64,000 bases of DNA from Macrostomum lignano (taxonomy: Eukaryota). Below, one piece after another: positions 30,536 through 50,728 of the stretch. The notes beneath the pieces are model-generated. The model was given only the letters and a program-made list of their open reading frames with translations. It searched no databases and was not told the origin of the DNA. Positions within the stretch are counted from its first letter, which is position 1. The number at the start of each line of letters is the position of its first letter. The DNA lies in contig NIVC01000087.1 of NCBI GenBank assembly GCA_002269645.1, forward strand, positions 558,001 to 622,000, in the 5' to 3' direction. Position numbers and translations under genes: made by a program.

Positions 30536-33500
30536 TTAATCTGTCGACGAAATCGAGCTGGCCGGCGGTAGCGACATCTGCGACAGAGGCGGCATCGGCG
30601 GCTGATGAAGGTGCGCCGGCAGCGGCGGCGGCGGCGGCTGCAGCGGGTGCGGCCTCGGCAGGCCGCCATTCGAAGAGGAGGAGGCGGCGGCGGCGGCTGC
30701 AGCAGCAGCAGCGGCGGCGGCGGCGGCGGCAGCAGGCGCGAACAGGCCGGCGGCCGAGTAAGGCGGCGGCGGCGGCGCCAAACCAGCGGCGGCGCCAGAG
30801 CAGATTGGCTGCTGGCCGAGGAACTGCGAGAACACGGGATGGTAGGGGAACGGCAGCGGCAGGCTGCGCGCAGGGCCGGACGCCGGCCCAGTTGCGGAGA
30901 ACAGTGGATCGGCGCCGAACAGGGCCGGCGGGAAGCCGCCGGGCTGCCCGGCCGCTGCCAGGCTGACTGGCGGGAGGCCGCCCGACTCGGTCAGGTAGGG
31001 CCGGAACAGCGCGCCCGGGCTGCCCAGCATCGGCCCGAAGCCGCCGCCGCCGCTGCCGCTGCTGACGCCGACTTGGCCAGGGCGGTCCTTCATGCGGCCG
31101 CCGCCCCCGCCGCCGCTGCCGCCCTTCTTCGATGCTGACCGTCGACCTTCGCCTCCGCCGCCGGCCATCTCCCTGGCCTGCTGGGCGGCCTCTTTGATCG
31201 GTATGCTCGGGTTGCTAAGGACTCGTTCGATCGCTTTGACAACATCGCCATCGGTGGCGGCGAGCACCGACTGCAGAGTGTCGAGCTTCACCGTCGGGAA
31301 CACGCGGCTGAGCATGCCGAGGCCCTGAGCAGCAGCCGCCGCCGCCGCTGCAGCCGCAGCAGCAGCTGTCACGTGACCTGCTTCATTGTTCTCGCCGTCC
31401 TCATCGTCTTTGTCGGCGGCATTGTCGTCGTCAGCATCGTCGACAACTGCTGGAACTTCGTCGGAGTCGGCTGCAGAGGCGGAAGACCGGGCTCGCTTGG
31501 CCGGGTGCCGGTGCTGGCACGCAGCCTCGCTGCCTGAACAGTTGAAAGCGATTGAACAATAGAATATTTGATTGCTGCAACCCGACCCCTGAACGCTCTG
31601 TGCAACTTCATAGGCATGTCAGTGGGGATTCCGACTTGTGTGCAAATTAAAAAAGAGAGGCAATCGTTGATGAGGCATTGCTGTATATTGTTTCACAACC
31701 GCAGCGGAGGAGAGAGAGGCGCGGTTGTTTGCCTTCAGCCGCAGCAATGCGATAATTCACTGGCTCCCATGGCCGGGTCCCAAAATCCAAAACAGAAGAT
31801 TGGAGTGGCGGATTTTCCCCATGGAGAGAGGATGGGAATGAGGTAAGGGTTATATGCGGGCTAAAAATCTTTGATGAAGCAGCGGGGAGGCTGCAGCAGC
31901 GGCTCGCACTTGACACTTCATAGCCACTTCTTAGCCCGGAGGAGGGGGAGGCAGCGGCCATAAGTGTCCGAACTGAATGCCAGCTCTTGAAGCATGCTGA
32001 ATCAAGACACACTTAAAGACACCGCCCTTCGGCTGTAGCTCCCAGACTCCCCTCCCACCTGCAGCTCGCTTCATCATTTCTCTCTCTCCCTTCGCCTCTT
32101 CTCCCTTTTGCGCTACAAAAACAAAGCAAGCAGAAGCTCCATGCAGTTTGCCCCTCCCCCCAAGTTAAAAATGCAAAAAACTTTCTTGATAATTTCTTTA
32201 CCAAATTCCAACTGACTGGCATTCGCTAAGCGGCTTGATGATGAAGATTAAGTTAGGATGCTGGGGAACTCCCATAGCCATCCCATCCAGTTCCAAATGC
32301 AGCGGTTTTCTGCTTCAAGTTGAAAGAAAGGAAACAAATATTCGGGTTACACCGGACCGCCCCCCCCAGATACCTATACAGATTGATGAAATCTCGGTGG
32401 ATTCTGGACTGATAGACAGCAGATTCGGCAAATATAGAGAGGTCTAACGGAAGTGGCCTTGCAGTTTAAGTGTCCGTGTGTGTATGTGTGTGTTTATCGA
32501 CTGCTTGCTTACAGCCTTAACAACTCAAGACCACCCTGTCTGTCTGTTCAATATAAGGGCCTTTTTAGCCTTTTTAGAGGATGGTTTTTGAGCATAGAGC
32601 TGACCCCACTTCCTCTTAGCCCATTGCGCTGCCGAAATGGACAGATTTTTTTGCCCCATCAATTTGGCCCATCGAGTGGGCAAAAATCTTATTTCTGTCT
32701 CTTGTACCGTGTGGCTCCACCAACCCCCCCTCCCTGTCAACCGCTGTCGATGCTTGACTCTCAAGAGCGCTGCCTCCATGGGATATCCACTTCATAGGGG
32801 ATAATTTTCCCCTTTTTTGTCGGCGTCATATCCCCATATTTCTGTAATCCCAATCCCAGAAGCTATCTATACCCCTCCAGTCAGTCAACCTCAAACTCGA
32901 AGAAGATTTACTTCAGTTCCGAGCGTCAAATTTTGTCGACAGGCAATTTTCGCGCAAAAGCATAAAGGCATGGGTGAGAGGGCGCAATGCAGTTCCAAGC
33001 AGTTGACCAAATTGCCCAATAAGTTGGCCGTCTTCTCGCCTCAGTCCTCCAAATCCTGCTCAAAATCTGTCAACTTGACCGGCAGTATGAAGAGGTTCAC
33101 ACCCGAGCTCCCACCTCCCCAAGCGATGGCTAATCCTGGCGGGATAATCGGCTGCTTGCTCAAATCTCAGTCCAGCCTCCGTATGCGGAGCGTTGCGTCA
33201 TCTGGTTTGCCACTTGGAAGACTTTGCCAACTAGCCTTTTTTTCCAGGAATTCTCGCGCCAATGCTGATTTTAACACGTATCTGCAGAGAGAACTCAGTC
33301 AACAGCAGGGACGCGCGCCGCCGTGCATTTTAAAGAAGGTGCTGCATTGCCGAAACCGGAATGCCGGAATGCTGATGATGAAGGCTTAGATGACAGAGCT
33401 TGGATGCTGCTGCTGTCGCTGGGTGGAGTGCAGGTGACGCTTTGTCGGACAGAAAGTGAGAGTAAAGAGGAAATCAGAGATGCTTCTTCTAGGAGCTGAA

Positions 33501-36034
33501 TTCGACAAGAAATACAAGAAGCTATTGGGAGAATGGCTTGCTCTCATCGCGCCTGACACGCAGCGCAAACAAACAGAAGTAGAGTAGTCTAAGAGAAATG
33601 CGTTTTTTTACCAAAACTTTATTGTCACTGAGAGCTGGGCAGACGGTTTAACATCTAACTGTCTTCTGCTTCCAGTGTAAGAAGAACAGATGAGACAGAT
33701 AAAGATAGACAGGCAGAGGAGAGGAGAGAAATTAGTAATGAGAAATTTGGCATCTACCAACATTTGCAGTGGTGTAGTCTTACACAAATTCTCCTGGGGT
33801 TGGGCGATAAACCGATATTTAAAAGGCCCCCGAGCACGCGCCCCGAGCACCCGAAAACCCACCTGGAGGCCGCGCCAGCTTTATTTATTAAGACAGCCCC
33901 CCCCCAGTCAGTCGTTTTCGGTTGAAACGCTTTCGACAAAAGCGACTTTTTGACAATGCGCAGCGGATCGGCCTGAACATCTCCAATGAGCAGGCAACCA
34001 ACCAGCCCCCTTGGCCACTAAAGCTGGTGTGTTGCGGCCCCTGTTTGCTCAGTATCAGGTTTACTATTTAGCCCCCTCCCTCTGCAGTCGTGGAAAGCTG
34101 GGGCCCTCGAGCGTTAGCCACTGTATAGGTAGGGTGGGGACCCCCGACAAGCCGGCCAACAATACAAATATTGCTGCTAAGTCGTCTGTCCAAGTCGAGC
34201 AACTGCTAGCTTAGAGAGAGATTCTCGAGAGTATTTAGTCTCTGATCAGCGAAAATGGGCACAGTGCTACAGGGGTACGGACAGTGCCAGTGGCAGAATG
34301 CAAGACAGTTCTCTATCCCCCCTATTGGCTTATTTGTACAGAGTGGCAAAGGCAACCAAACTTAGGATAAGAGAAAGGTTTTTGGCCACTCTGTGTTTGC
34401 TAACCTTCACTTCTACTCTCTATACGTAAGCAATGCGGTTAGAAGGCCCCCGACCAGGTAACTTCAAGTTTAAATGGCTTATTAAATACAATTTGAGCAT
34501 TAGTAAAAAAACTGAAATCTGAGAATCCAAGTAGTCTGTGTGTTGGTTTGATCAGTTCGAACTGGAACAACTATAGAGACCCCCCCTCCTAGCTTAGCAA
34601 CAAAAACCGCCGCACCATGTCAAGAGACAAACAAGCATGCAGGCAGCCAAAGATTTCCCATGCGAGTGGAGAAGTTTTGAAAATTTGTTTTGTTTGCTCT
34701 GATAAATGGCTGAGGCGGCGGGCTCTGATCAGTTGCACAACAGTTTAAAATTAGTTCTATGGCAATAACCGGGCGGGGGGCTAGCTAATTTAATCTAGAA
34801 CATAAAAATTCAACGTGCGGATGAGGACATCGTGACCGAACTGAAAGGAAATGAAATGCCATGCATGGGTCTGTACTGCAGCTTAGTGGTAAACGCATCT
34901 CTGACTCTCGCACCGCAACCCCTGCTTTGATTTCGAGGTTGAGCACGAAAATTGGCCGGCGGGGGGGGCTGTCTTGCTGTACATGCCTGACGATAGGAAA
35001 GTCAGGACCGCTGTACACCCTGTGTGCCTGCGTACGTATCAGTGTGTGCGTGCTCAGGGATCAGCTGAGTGGGCGTGACTGCTCTTGCTTCCTCGATTTC
35101 ATCTCTCTATCAACTCACCTCTTCCAGCGTCTCCGCTTCCGCTTCCGGCTGACTTATTAGCCACGGTGTCGCCGGCTTCAAGCACTGGCTGAGTGTCCGG
35201 GTGCGGATGCTCCGTGTTGATCTGCAGCAGGCCGCCAGGGCCATACAGCAGCCCGAGCTCCCTGGCCTCCTGCTCCTCCTGGGCCTGTTGGCGGCGCAGC
35301 GCCACCTGAGCCGCCATGACCCGCTGCCGTTCGGAGATCAGGGTGCACTTGGTGCACATGCAGTCTTTCCAGCGGCAGTAGCGCTTGTGACCTGGCGAAA
35401 CAGAATTCAGATTAACATGGACTGTTCAACTAATGGACTGTTGCTATGGTCAGAGTGGAATATAAGATCCTTAGAAGCTATCCTGTGACTCAAGCTGACA
35501 GCATCCTGTGACTCAAGCTGACAGCATCCTGTGACTCAATCTGAAAACATCCTGTGACTCGACCTGACAACATCCTGTGACTCAATCTGACAACATCCTG
35601 TGACTCAATCTGACAGCATCCTGTGACTCGACCTGACAACATCCTGTGACTCAATCTGACAACATCCTGTGATGCAAGCTGACAGCATCCTGTGACTCAA
35701 GCGGACAGCATCCTGTGACTCAATCTGACAGCATCCTGTGACTCAACCTGACAGAATCCTGTGACTCAATCTGACAGCATCCTGTGACTCAATCTGACAG
35801 CATTCTGTGACTCAACCTGACAGCATCATGCGACTTATATTTGTTCTCACCTTTCAACGCCGAGACGACGCCGTGATTGCGGCACCTGGCGCACTTCGGC
35901 GTCCTTGGATACCGGTCCGAGGCGCGCAGGAACAGCGGGTGCGAGCCGTAGCCGCCGCCGCCGCCGCCGTAGCCCGAAGCTGTCTCGGCCGAGTCCATCT
36001 CAGTGGGCGAGTCGGGGTTCTCTTCGGTGGACAT
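30536..36034 (-). CDS. DMRTA2: DMRTA-class (DMRT4/5, dmrt99B-like) doublesex/mab-3 transcription factor with DM and DMA domains, 484 aa
   Basis: Exons (minus) 36034-35851, 35391-35119, 31533-30536; both introns are phase 1 GT-AG; 1455 nt in frame. DM domain [20 protein letters not shown]|[54 protein letters not shown] domain [35 protein letters not shown]. Ala/Pro-rich C-terminus. DMRTA1 versus DMRTA2 orthology cannot be resolved by eye. Confidence 0.93.
35482..35827. repeat. 23-bp minisatellite in DMRT intron 1; most units contain TGACTCA
   Basis: Unit TCCTGTGACTCAA(T/C/G)CTGACAGCA. Confidence 0.93.
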
Positions 36035-36582
36035 TTTATCTGTCTGTCTTGCCAAAGGGTTCTGCAAACACGATGCCTTCTCAAGGTAGTACAAGCCGAG
36101 AGAAAAGTGGCTCTTGTTGTCAATGGGAGGCCGCCAGAACGGTGAATTTATAGTCTGGGCGCGCTGGAGTTTCCAAGCCAGCCGGCCACCCCTCATGTCA
36201 GTCAATTTGCAATGGAGGCGAGACCCAGCGCTTAGCGGCGGGTTGCCGCTCATTGGCTGGGCGGCTGGGGTTCGCGAATTTTCGGTTTAGGCGGGGTGGG
36301 GTGCTCTGGGGTGGGGCTGCTACTGCTTGCCGCTTTGCCGCTCCTGCCGGCTCGGGAAACAGTTTTGTTCGATATTGACTACTTATGTAAGTAGGGTATT
36401 AACAAATAAATTTTTTCAACTTGTAGGTTAAGCCAAATTTATAACTTAGACTGTCGTGACAGCTCGTGATTTCGTAAACTGGATTGAAAGCTGAAAATTA
36501 TGGATTGTACCTACGGACTTCGCTGAGATCGCCAAGATTCGATAATATGAAGACTAAATTCGACAATGTGACCCAACCTGAC

Positions 36583-37545
36583 AAGATGTGACTCATGCAG
36601 CCAAGATCATGTGACTCGTGCTGACATCAATATGTGACTAAATCTGACAGCATCCTGTGATTCAACCTGACAGCATCATGTGATGCAACTTGACAGCATC
36701 TTGTGACTCAATCTGACAGTATCCTGTGACTCAGTCTGACAGCATCCTGTGACTCAATCTGACAGCATCCTGTGACTCGACCCGACAGCATCCTGTGACT
36801 CAACCTGACAGCATCCTGTGACTCAATCTGACAGCATCCTGTGACTCAACCTGACAGCATCCTGTGACTCAACCTGACAGCATCATGTGACTCAATATGA
36901 CAACAGCATGTGACTCAACCTGACAGCATCCTGTGACTCAACCTGACAGCATCATGTGACTCAATATGACAACAGCATGTGACTCAACCTGACAGCATCC
37001 TGTCACGCAATATGCCAGCATCCTGTGACGCAATATGGCAGCATCCTGTGACTCAATCGGACAGCATCTTGTGACTCAATCTGACAGTATCCTGTGACCC
37101 AGTCTGACAGCATCCTGTGACTCAATCTGACAGAATCCTGTGACTCAATCTGACAGCATCCTGTGACTCAAGCCGACAGAATCCTGTGACTCAAGCTGAC
37201 AGCATCCTGTGACTCAACCTGACAGCATCCTGTGACTCAATCTGACAGCATCCTGTGACTCAAGCCGACAGAATCCTGTGACTCAAGCTGACAGCATCCT
37301 GTGACTCAACCTGACAGCATCCTGTGACTCAATCTGACAGAATCCTGTGACTCAAGCCGACAGCATCCTGTGACTCAAGCTGACAGCATCCTGTGACTCA
37401 ACCTGACAGCATCCTGTGACTCAATCTGACAGAATCCTGTGACTCAAGCCGACAGCATCCTGTGACTCAACCTGACAGCATCCTGTGACTCAATCTGACA
37501 GAATCCTGTGACTCAAGCCGACAGCATCTGTGACTCAAGCTGACA
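36583..37545. repeat. Same 23-bp minisatellite family, about 1 kb, immediately upstream of the DMRT gene
   Basis: Same unit as 35482-35827, in the same orientation. Confidence 0.93.
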
Positions 37546-38364
37546 AATACATGTGATATCATTTGACACAATTGGTTTGCTGATTTTAAGAGAATCAATA
37601 GGAAAATCCGCATTAAATATGGTCACTAATCAGATAAATTACAGTCTTGTTTTACCTACTGTTAGTAGCACTTCCTGTGTAATTTTATGTTGTTGTTTGT
37701 AAATATTGGCTTGTTAAATTTAACTACTATAAATATGTTAATAAAGGACGCAATAAAGCTGACAAATTAATGTTTTACTGTTAGAATAGAAGCCCGCATC
37801 ACGGTCTCGGGGCGGTGCACCTGAGGATCATTCCAGCAATTCTGGATTCCATCAGCGTCATCGTCCAGAATCCTAGGAAGAGAATTATAATAAAATATGC
37901 ACAATGACTCATGAAGAAATTAGCACTGATGTGCAAATTTCTCACAAACACTAAAAGTACCGTTCTGTGGGAAAGATAATAAATGAAATTGATTTTTGTA
38001 GCCCCATGATCCAGAATTTGATTGACAGCGGTCTGCGTGCAAGCTTCTCTGATGCTTATTTTGGTATCCATCAATTGATTAGTGAATTAGTGAGGAAGGA
38101 GCAGAATTTAACAGTAATATTGGATCTGCCCCAAATTGCTTTGGATATATCTGTCATTCAATATTCCTTATTTGGAATCTATATGCCTAAGACTTCTCTT
38201 CAAGCTTTTCTATTCAAGTATTTCATCCACTCACGCAACATCTTAATGCCTTAATTAATCAATTCCGGTGCTATTCCATCTTTTGTAGAAATCCTCAAAA
38301 AATATTTACTGGCTTGAACAAAACATTAACTGATGACTTATCTGCGACATCAGCGAATTCAGAC

Positions 38365-39150
38365 TTGTGTCAGGACTGTGCCATGGGGAAATCAAGCTTG
38401 TGTCAGGACTGTGCCATGGGGAAATCAAGCTTGTGTCAGGACTGTACCATGGGGAAATCAAGCTTGTGTCAGGACTGTGCCATGGGGAAATCAAACTTGT
38501 GTCAGGACTGTGCCATGGGGAAATCAAACTTGTGTCAGGACTGTACCATGGGGAAATCAAACTTGTGTTAGGACTGTACCATGGGGAAATCAAGCTTGTG
38601 TCAGGACTGTGCCATGGGGAAATCAAACTTGTGTCAGGACTGTGCCATGGGGAAATCAAACTTGTGTCAGGACTGTACCATGGGGAAATCAAACTTGTGT
38701 TAGGACTGTGCCATGGGGAAATCAAACTTGTGTCAGGACTGTGCCATGGGGAAATCAAGCTTGTGTCAGGACTGTGCCATGGGGAAATCAAGCTTGTGTC
38801 AGGACTGTGCCATGGGGAAATCAAGCTTGTGTCAAGACTGCGCCATTTGAAAAATCAAACTTGTGTCAAGCCTCTGCTATTTGAGAAATCAAACTTATGT
38901 CAGGACTGTGTCATTTGAGAAATCACACTTGTGTCAGGACTGTGCCACTTAAAAATCAAACTTGTGTCAAGCCTCTGCTATTTGAGAAATCACACTTGTG
39001 TCAGGACTGTGCCACTTAAAAATCAAACTTGTGTCAAGCCTCTGCTATTTGAGAAATCACACTTGTGTCAGGACTGTGCCACTTAAAAATCAAACTTGTG
39101 TCAAGCCTCTGCTATTTGAGAAATCAAACCTGTGTCAGGACTGTGCCACT
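38365..39150. repeat. 33-bp minisatellite grading into a longer composite unit
   Basis: Unit AAATCAA(G/A)CTTGTGTCAGGACTGT(G/A)CCATGGGG; explains ORFs 38306..38918. Confidence 0.92.
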
Positions 39151-39233
39151 TAAAAAGCATTAAGCAGAGCAGTGAGTCTGGTCCGGCAGCAGTTAAGGAT
39201 CCTTCATGGGACCTCTCGGTCACGCTATAATGA

Positions 39234-39600
39234 CAGCCTAAAACTCTCCGCTTAGCAACGCAGGGATTCCGCTACAGGAACTTATTTATCCAGCTAAAAT
39301 TAGGACAGCTGTCAGAACAATGCGGCCTGTCCCCAGTCTGCTCAGAGAGATTTGTTAAGAGACTAGCCAGTCTTCAAATCCGCTTACCGATTTCCGCAGA
39401 GTCCACTGCATTGAGTCCACTACATAGGCAGTCAATGAATGATCTCGGGAACCCAGTCTCCCCCAGCATTTGTCAATTCGGCTTTGCCGACCAGCTGGCA
39501 TCCGCTTGCAACGATTCTGATATTGTGTCAGCCTTGTCAATCAATTTTAGTTAAAGAAGTTTAAAAAAGCGTTGTCGGCAGTCTGAAATGTGTTAATCTT
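39234..39600 (+). mobile_element. Possible decayed 3' fragment of a CR1/L2-type non-LTR retrotransposon
   Basis: A Met-less open frame reads QPKTLRLATQGFRYRNLFIQLKLGQLSE...NDSDIVSALSIN, followed by KFKKR in another frame. This loosely matches the post-RT motifs QRRATRL..SYEERL..L.L..LE.RR and WN.LP..IV.A.S...FK..L. Weak, by eye only. Confidence 0.3.
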
Positions 39601-40348
39601 ACAGCTATTATTTCGATACATATCGTCTAAAATCTAGATGAATGGCACACTTTAAAATTAGCGCATCCTGAAGTTGTAAAAGTACACATCCTGAAGTTAT
39701 AAGAGTACACATCCTGAAGTTGTAAAAGTACACATCCTGAAATTTTTAAAGTACACATCCTTAAGTTGTAAAAGTTCACATCTTGAAGTTTAAACAATGG
39801 CACATCCAGAAGTTGTAAAAATGGCACATCCAGAAGTTTTAAAAATGGCAATCCTGATATTGCACAAAAAACATAATTCAAAGATGATGGATATTAAACT
39901 GAGAGTAATTTCATGATGATTTGTGACCTATCCACTAATTAACAATGTGCATGAAAAAACGATTTCTTTATAATAGACCAAAAACAGGCCTTGACTTTGA
40001 CTCGCCCACTGGGCGGTGCCCGCAGCAGCAGATGAGAGTGCAAAAACAACTAACTGCCAGCAGCAGCAGCCGCCTCTCCAGCCACTCCCAGCAATTCTGC
40101 TCTAAACAGCGCTGAGTGGCTGCCCAGACTCACTCGCAAATTATTGCTGGGCGAGGGATGTGGCGGGTCTCTTGGCCCTTAATACTTAATTAATACGCGG
40201 AAGTTAAGGGCAGTCAGCTATGCATATAAGCCTGCGGTTTACCAGAAATACCTGGGAGTGGCCTCATCATTAATTCCAACTGACGAAGGGCGGAAGCAAA
40301 AAAAGCTAAAAAGACAAGGAAAGAAGACGCAAAACAACCATTGTAACA

Positions 40349-47068
<6,720 letters not shown>

Positions 47069-47665
47069 TGCCGAAATCTGTTATTTTGAACAATTTTGAG
47101 TTAAATGAAGTGATGGAGTTATGAATTTTCATCTGCAGCACATCAAAGAAACAGCTAATTATTTCCTGGACTCATCATCATGGACCTGCTCTCCACCTTG
47201 CAAAATCACTCAGTTGCCCAGCATCCTTGAACTCAATGAACTCAAAGCTATATTGGGATTTTTGTGCTCAAAGGTCTCTCATTCATTAATAATTTATATC
47301 GTACACTCCTTACAAGACAATGAAGAGTGACATTGTGAATTCCTTTAAATAGTTTTTTATCTGCAAGGGATTTCGGAGAACTTTTGAGAGCAGGAAAAAG
47401 CTGGATAAGCTGATACTTATTTATAAGACACCATTAATTTGCTTAACCAGACGCTTACTTCCAACTTGCAATGATTTCTCAGTCACTTAGCGATGCAAAC
47501 TACTGAAAGAATTAGTGAGTAGCATAAATAGTAAGAGTTCAGTTTATGTATTTCATAAAGTCCTCTTTAATATTAAAATACAGTATAAAGGTGAAAGGGT
47601 GGTTTTATGAATTTTTGCAATTGAATTTTATGAATGCGTTCGTAATAGTCAGGCAACAGCTATCA

Positions 47666-48101
<436 letters not shown>

Positions 48102-48529
48102 CGTCAAAATCTGAGTTAACAGCTAAACAATCTGCAGTACGAACATACAAAGCTGTCGAGCAGCCTCCGCGCCCATCATCAATATTTGTCCCAATAGTGG
48201 GTCTACCAAATACTTCTCCTGTCAGAGAATGTGTTATGCAAGCATGCTTCAATCCATCACTGCTCTATTCGCAGCTCCAACGCACGAAGATGCAGACTAC
48301 ATTGATTGATGCCTCTTTAGGCAGCTGCGCTCGGCCATAGAAAAATTCGCTTGGATCTTCATCAGAAATTCTCACGGCAGACTCAGTCTGCAGTTTGGGG
48401 TCACGGCAAAAGTGACTTTGTCGACCTCGCATAACCAGCTATGTTTCAGAAAACACAACCATGACTCTTTCTTCCTTGAAATTGTTCCCTGATTTCTCAA
48501 TCCAGCTATCTGATAATCTCAGAAACGAT

Positions 48530-49022
48530 TCTCACAGTAAGCGAGGATCTCACAGACGATTCTCACAGTGAGCGGGGATCTCACAGACGTTTCTCACAGT
48601 GAGCGGGGATCTCACAGACGTTTCTCACAGTGAGCGGGGATCTCACGGATGATTCTCACAGTGAGCAGGGATCTCAGTGATGATTCTCACAGTGAGCGGG
48701 GATCTCAGTGATGATTCTCACAGTGAGCAGGGATCTCACGGACGATTCTCACAGTGAGCGAGGATCTCACGGACGATTCTCACAGTAAGCGAGGATCTCA
48801 CAGACGATTCTCACAGTAAGCGAGGATCTCACAGACGATTCTCACAGTAAGCGAGGATCTCACAGACGATTCTCACAGTAAGCGAGGATCTCACAGACGA
48901 TTCTCACAGTAAGCGAGGATCTCACAGACGTTTCTCACAGTGAGCGGGGATCTCAGTGATGATTCTCACAGTGAGCAGGGATCTCAGGGACGATTCTCAC
49001 AGTGAGCAGGGATCTCAGGGAC
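48530..49022. repeat. 31-bp minisatellite
   Basis: Unit TTCTCACAGT(A/G)AGCG(A/G)GGATCTCACAGACGA. Confidence 0.9.
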
Positions 49023-49329
49023 GAGAACCTCAGGGACAATACACACAGAGAGCGAGTTCAAAGCTCCTTCCAGAAAATTTTTTAAGCCTTTGAGTTCCGC
49101 ATTGTCATTTTAGAAACCAGGGCAAGTTCCTTTTTGATTTTTTTCAGTTCAACCTGCGTTAGCATTCAAAGCAACAATACATGTAGATTTTTTCTGGACA
49201 GCGATTCAATAAAGGTATTGTTTTATGGGAACAATGGGCGCTGAGCTTGACCTGTGTGGTTTGTATCCGAGTGAAAAGTACCAGCCCGTATACTAAGAAG
49301 AAATGACGCAATTGTTGATCAGAGAGTGA

Positions 49330-49900
49330 CTCGAGTGTGCCTACATGTAATTTGTGACTAGAGAGTGATTTGGGAGTGACCTAACGAGTGACTAGAGAGG
49401 ATTAGAGAGTGACTAGAGGGCACCCGTCGAGTGACTAGAGTCTTACTAGAGAGTGACTAGAGGGCATCTAACGAGTGAAAGGGGTGTGACTAGAGAGTGA
49501 CCTAACAAGTGACTAGAGGGCACCTGTCGATTGACTAGAATGTGCCTAGAGAGTGACTAGAGTGTGCCTAGAGAGTGACTAGAGAGTGACTGGAATAAGC
49601 CTAGAGAGTGACTAGAATGTGCCTAGAGAGTGACTAGAGAGTGACTGAAATAAGCCTAGAGAGTGACTAGAATGTGCCTAGAGAGTGACTAGAATGTGCC
49701 TAGAGTGGCACTAGAATGTGCCTAGAGAGTGACTAGAGTGTGCCTAGAGAGTGACTAGAGTGTGCCTAGAGAGTGACTAGAGTGTGCCTAGAGAGTGACT
49801 AGATTGTGCCTAGAGAGTGACTAGAGTGTGCCTAGAAAGTGACTAGAATGTGCCTAGAGTGGCACTAGAATGTGCCTAGAGAGTGACTAGAATGTGCCTA
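49330..49900. repeat. ~22-bp degenerate minisatellite
   Basis: Unit AGAGAGTGACTAGA(G/A)TGTGCCT. Confidence 0.85.
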
Positions 49901-49939
49901 GCGAGAACTGGAGGTTGATCCGAGGATGACCTAGCTAAG

Positions 49940-50390
49940 GTTGACCTGAGGTTGACCTGAGTGTGACCTGAGTGTGACCTGAGTGTGACCTGAGTGTGAC
50001 CTGAGTGTGACCTGAGTGTGACCTGAGTGTGACCTGAGTGTGACCTGAGTGTGACCTGAGTGTGACCTGAGTGTGACCTGAGTGTGACCTGAGTGTGACC
50101 TGAGTGTGACCTGAGTGTGACCTGAGTGTGACCAGAGTGTGACCTGAGGTTGACCCGAGTGTGACCTGAGTGTGACCTGAGTGTGACCTGAGTGTGACCT
50201 GAGTGTGACCTGAGTGTGACCTGAGTGTGACCTGAGTGTGACCTGAGTGTGACCTGAGTGTGACCTGAGTGTGACCTGAGTGTGACCTGAGTGTGACCTG
50301 AGTGTGACCTGAGTGTGACCTGAGTGTGACCTGAGTGTGACCTGAGTGTGACCTGAGTGTGACCTGAGTGTGACCTGAGTGTGACCTGAG
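49940..50390. repeat. 11-bp minisatellite
   Basis: Unit GTGTGACCTGA; explains the QVTLRSHSGHT ORFs. Confidence 0.95.
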
Positions 50391-50728
50391 GGTGATCGGT
50401 AGAGAAAGCAACTTGCAATAAATAGTAATAACAGGCAAGCAGAAAGAGCAACACAGGTCAAAAGCCGACTGCACGCACCGTGTCTGCATTGCATGGCCAA
50501 TTAATGAGTTTCAAAAGCAGAGATTTATTTGATTTGCTGTTACGCCAGCCACAGAGCTTAGCAGTTGGTCTGCTTCCACTTGGTATTTATTCGTTTATTA
50601 TATTTTCGAATGATTTCTCCTTTTCATACCGAGAAGCTGAGGAGGGGAACAGGAGTGAGACAGGGAGAGAGGCAACAGGTTACAGCAGCTCCCGTTCGGA
50701 TGGCCTCTGGCAGGTTTCTCAAGCTCGA

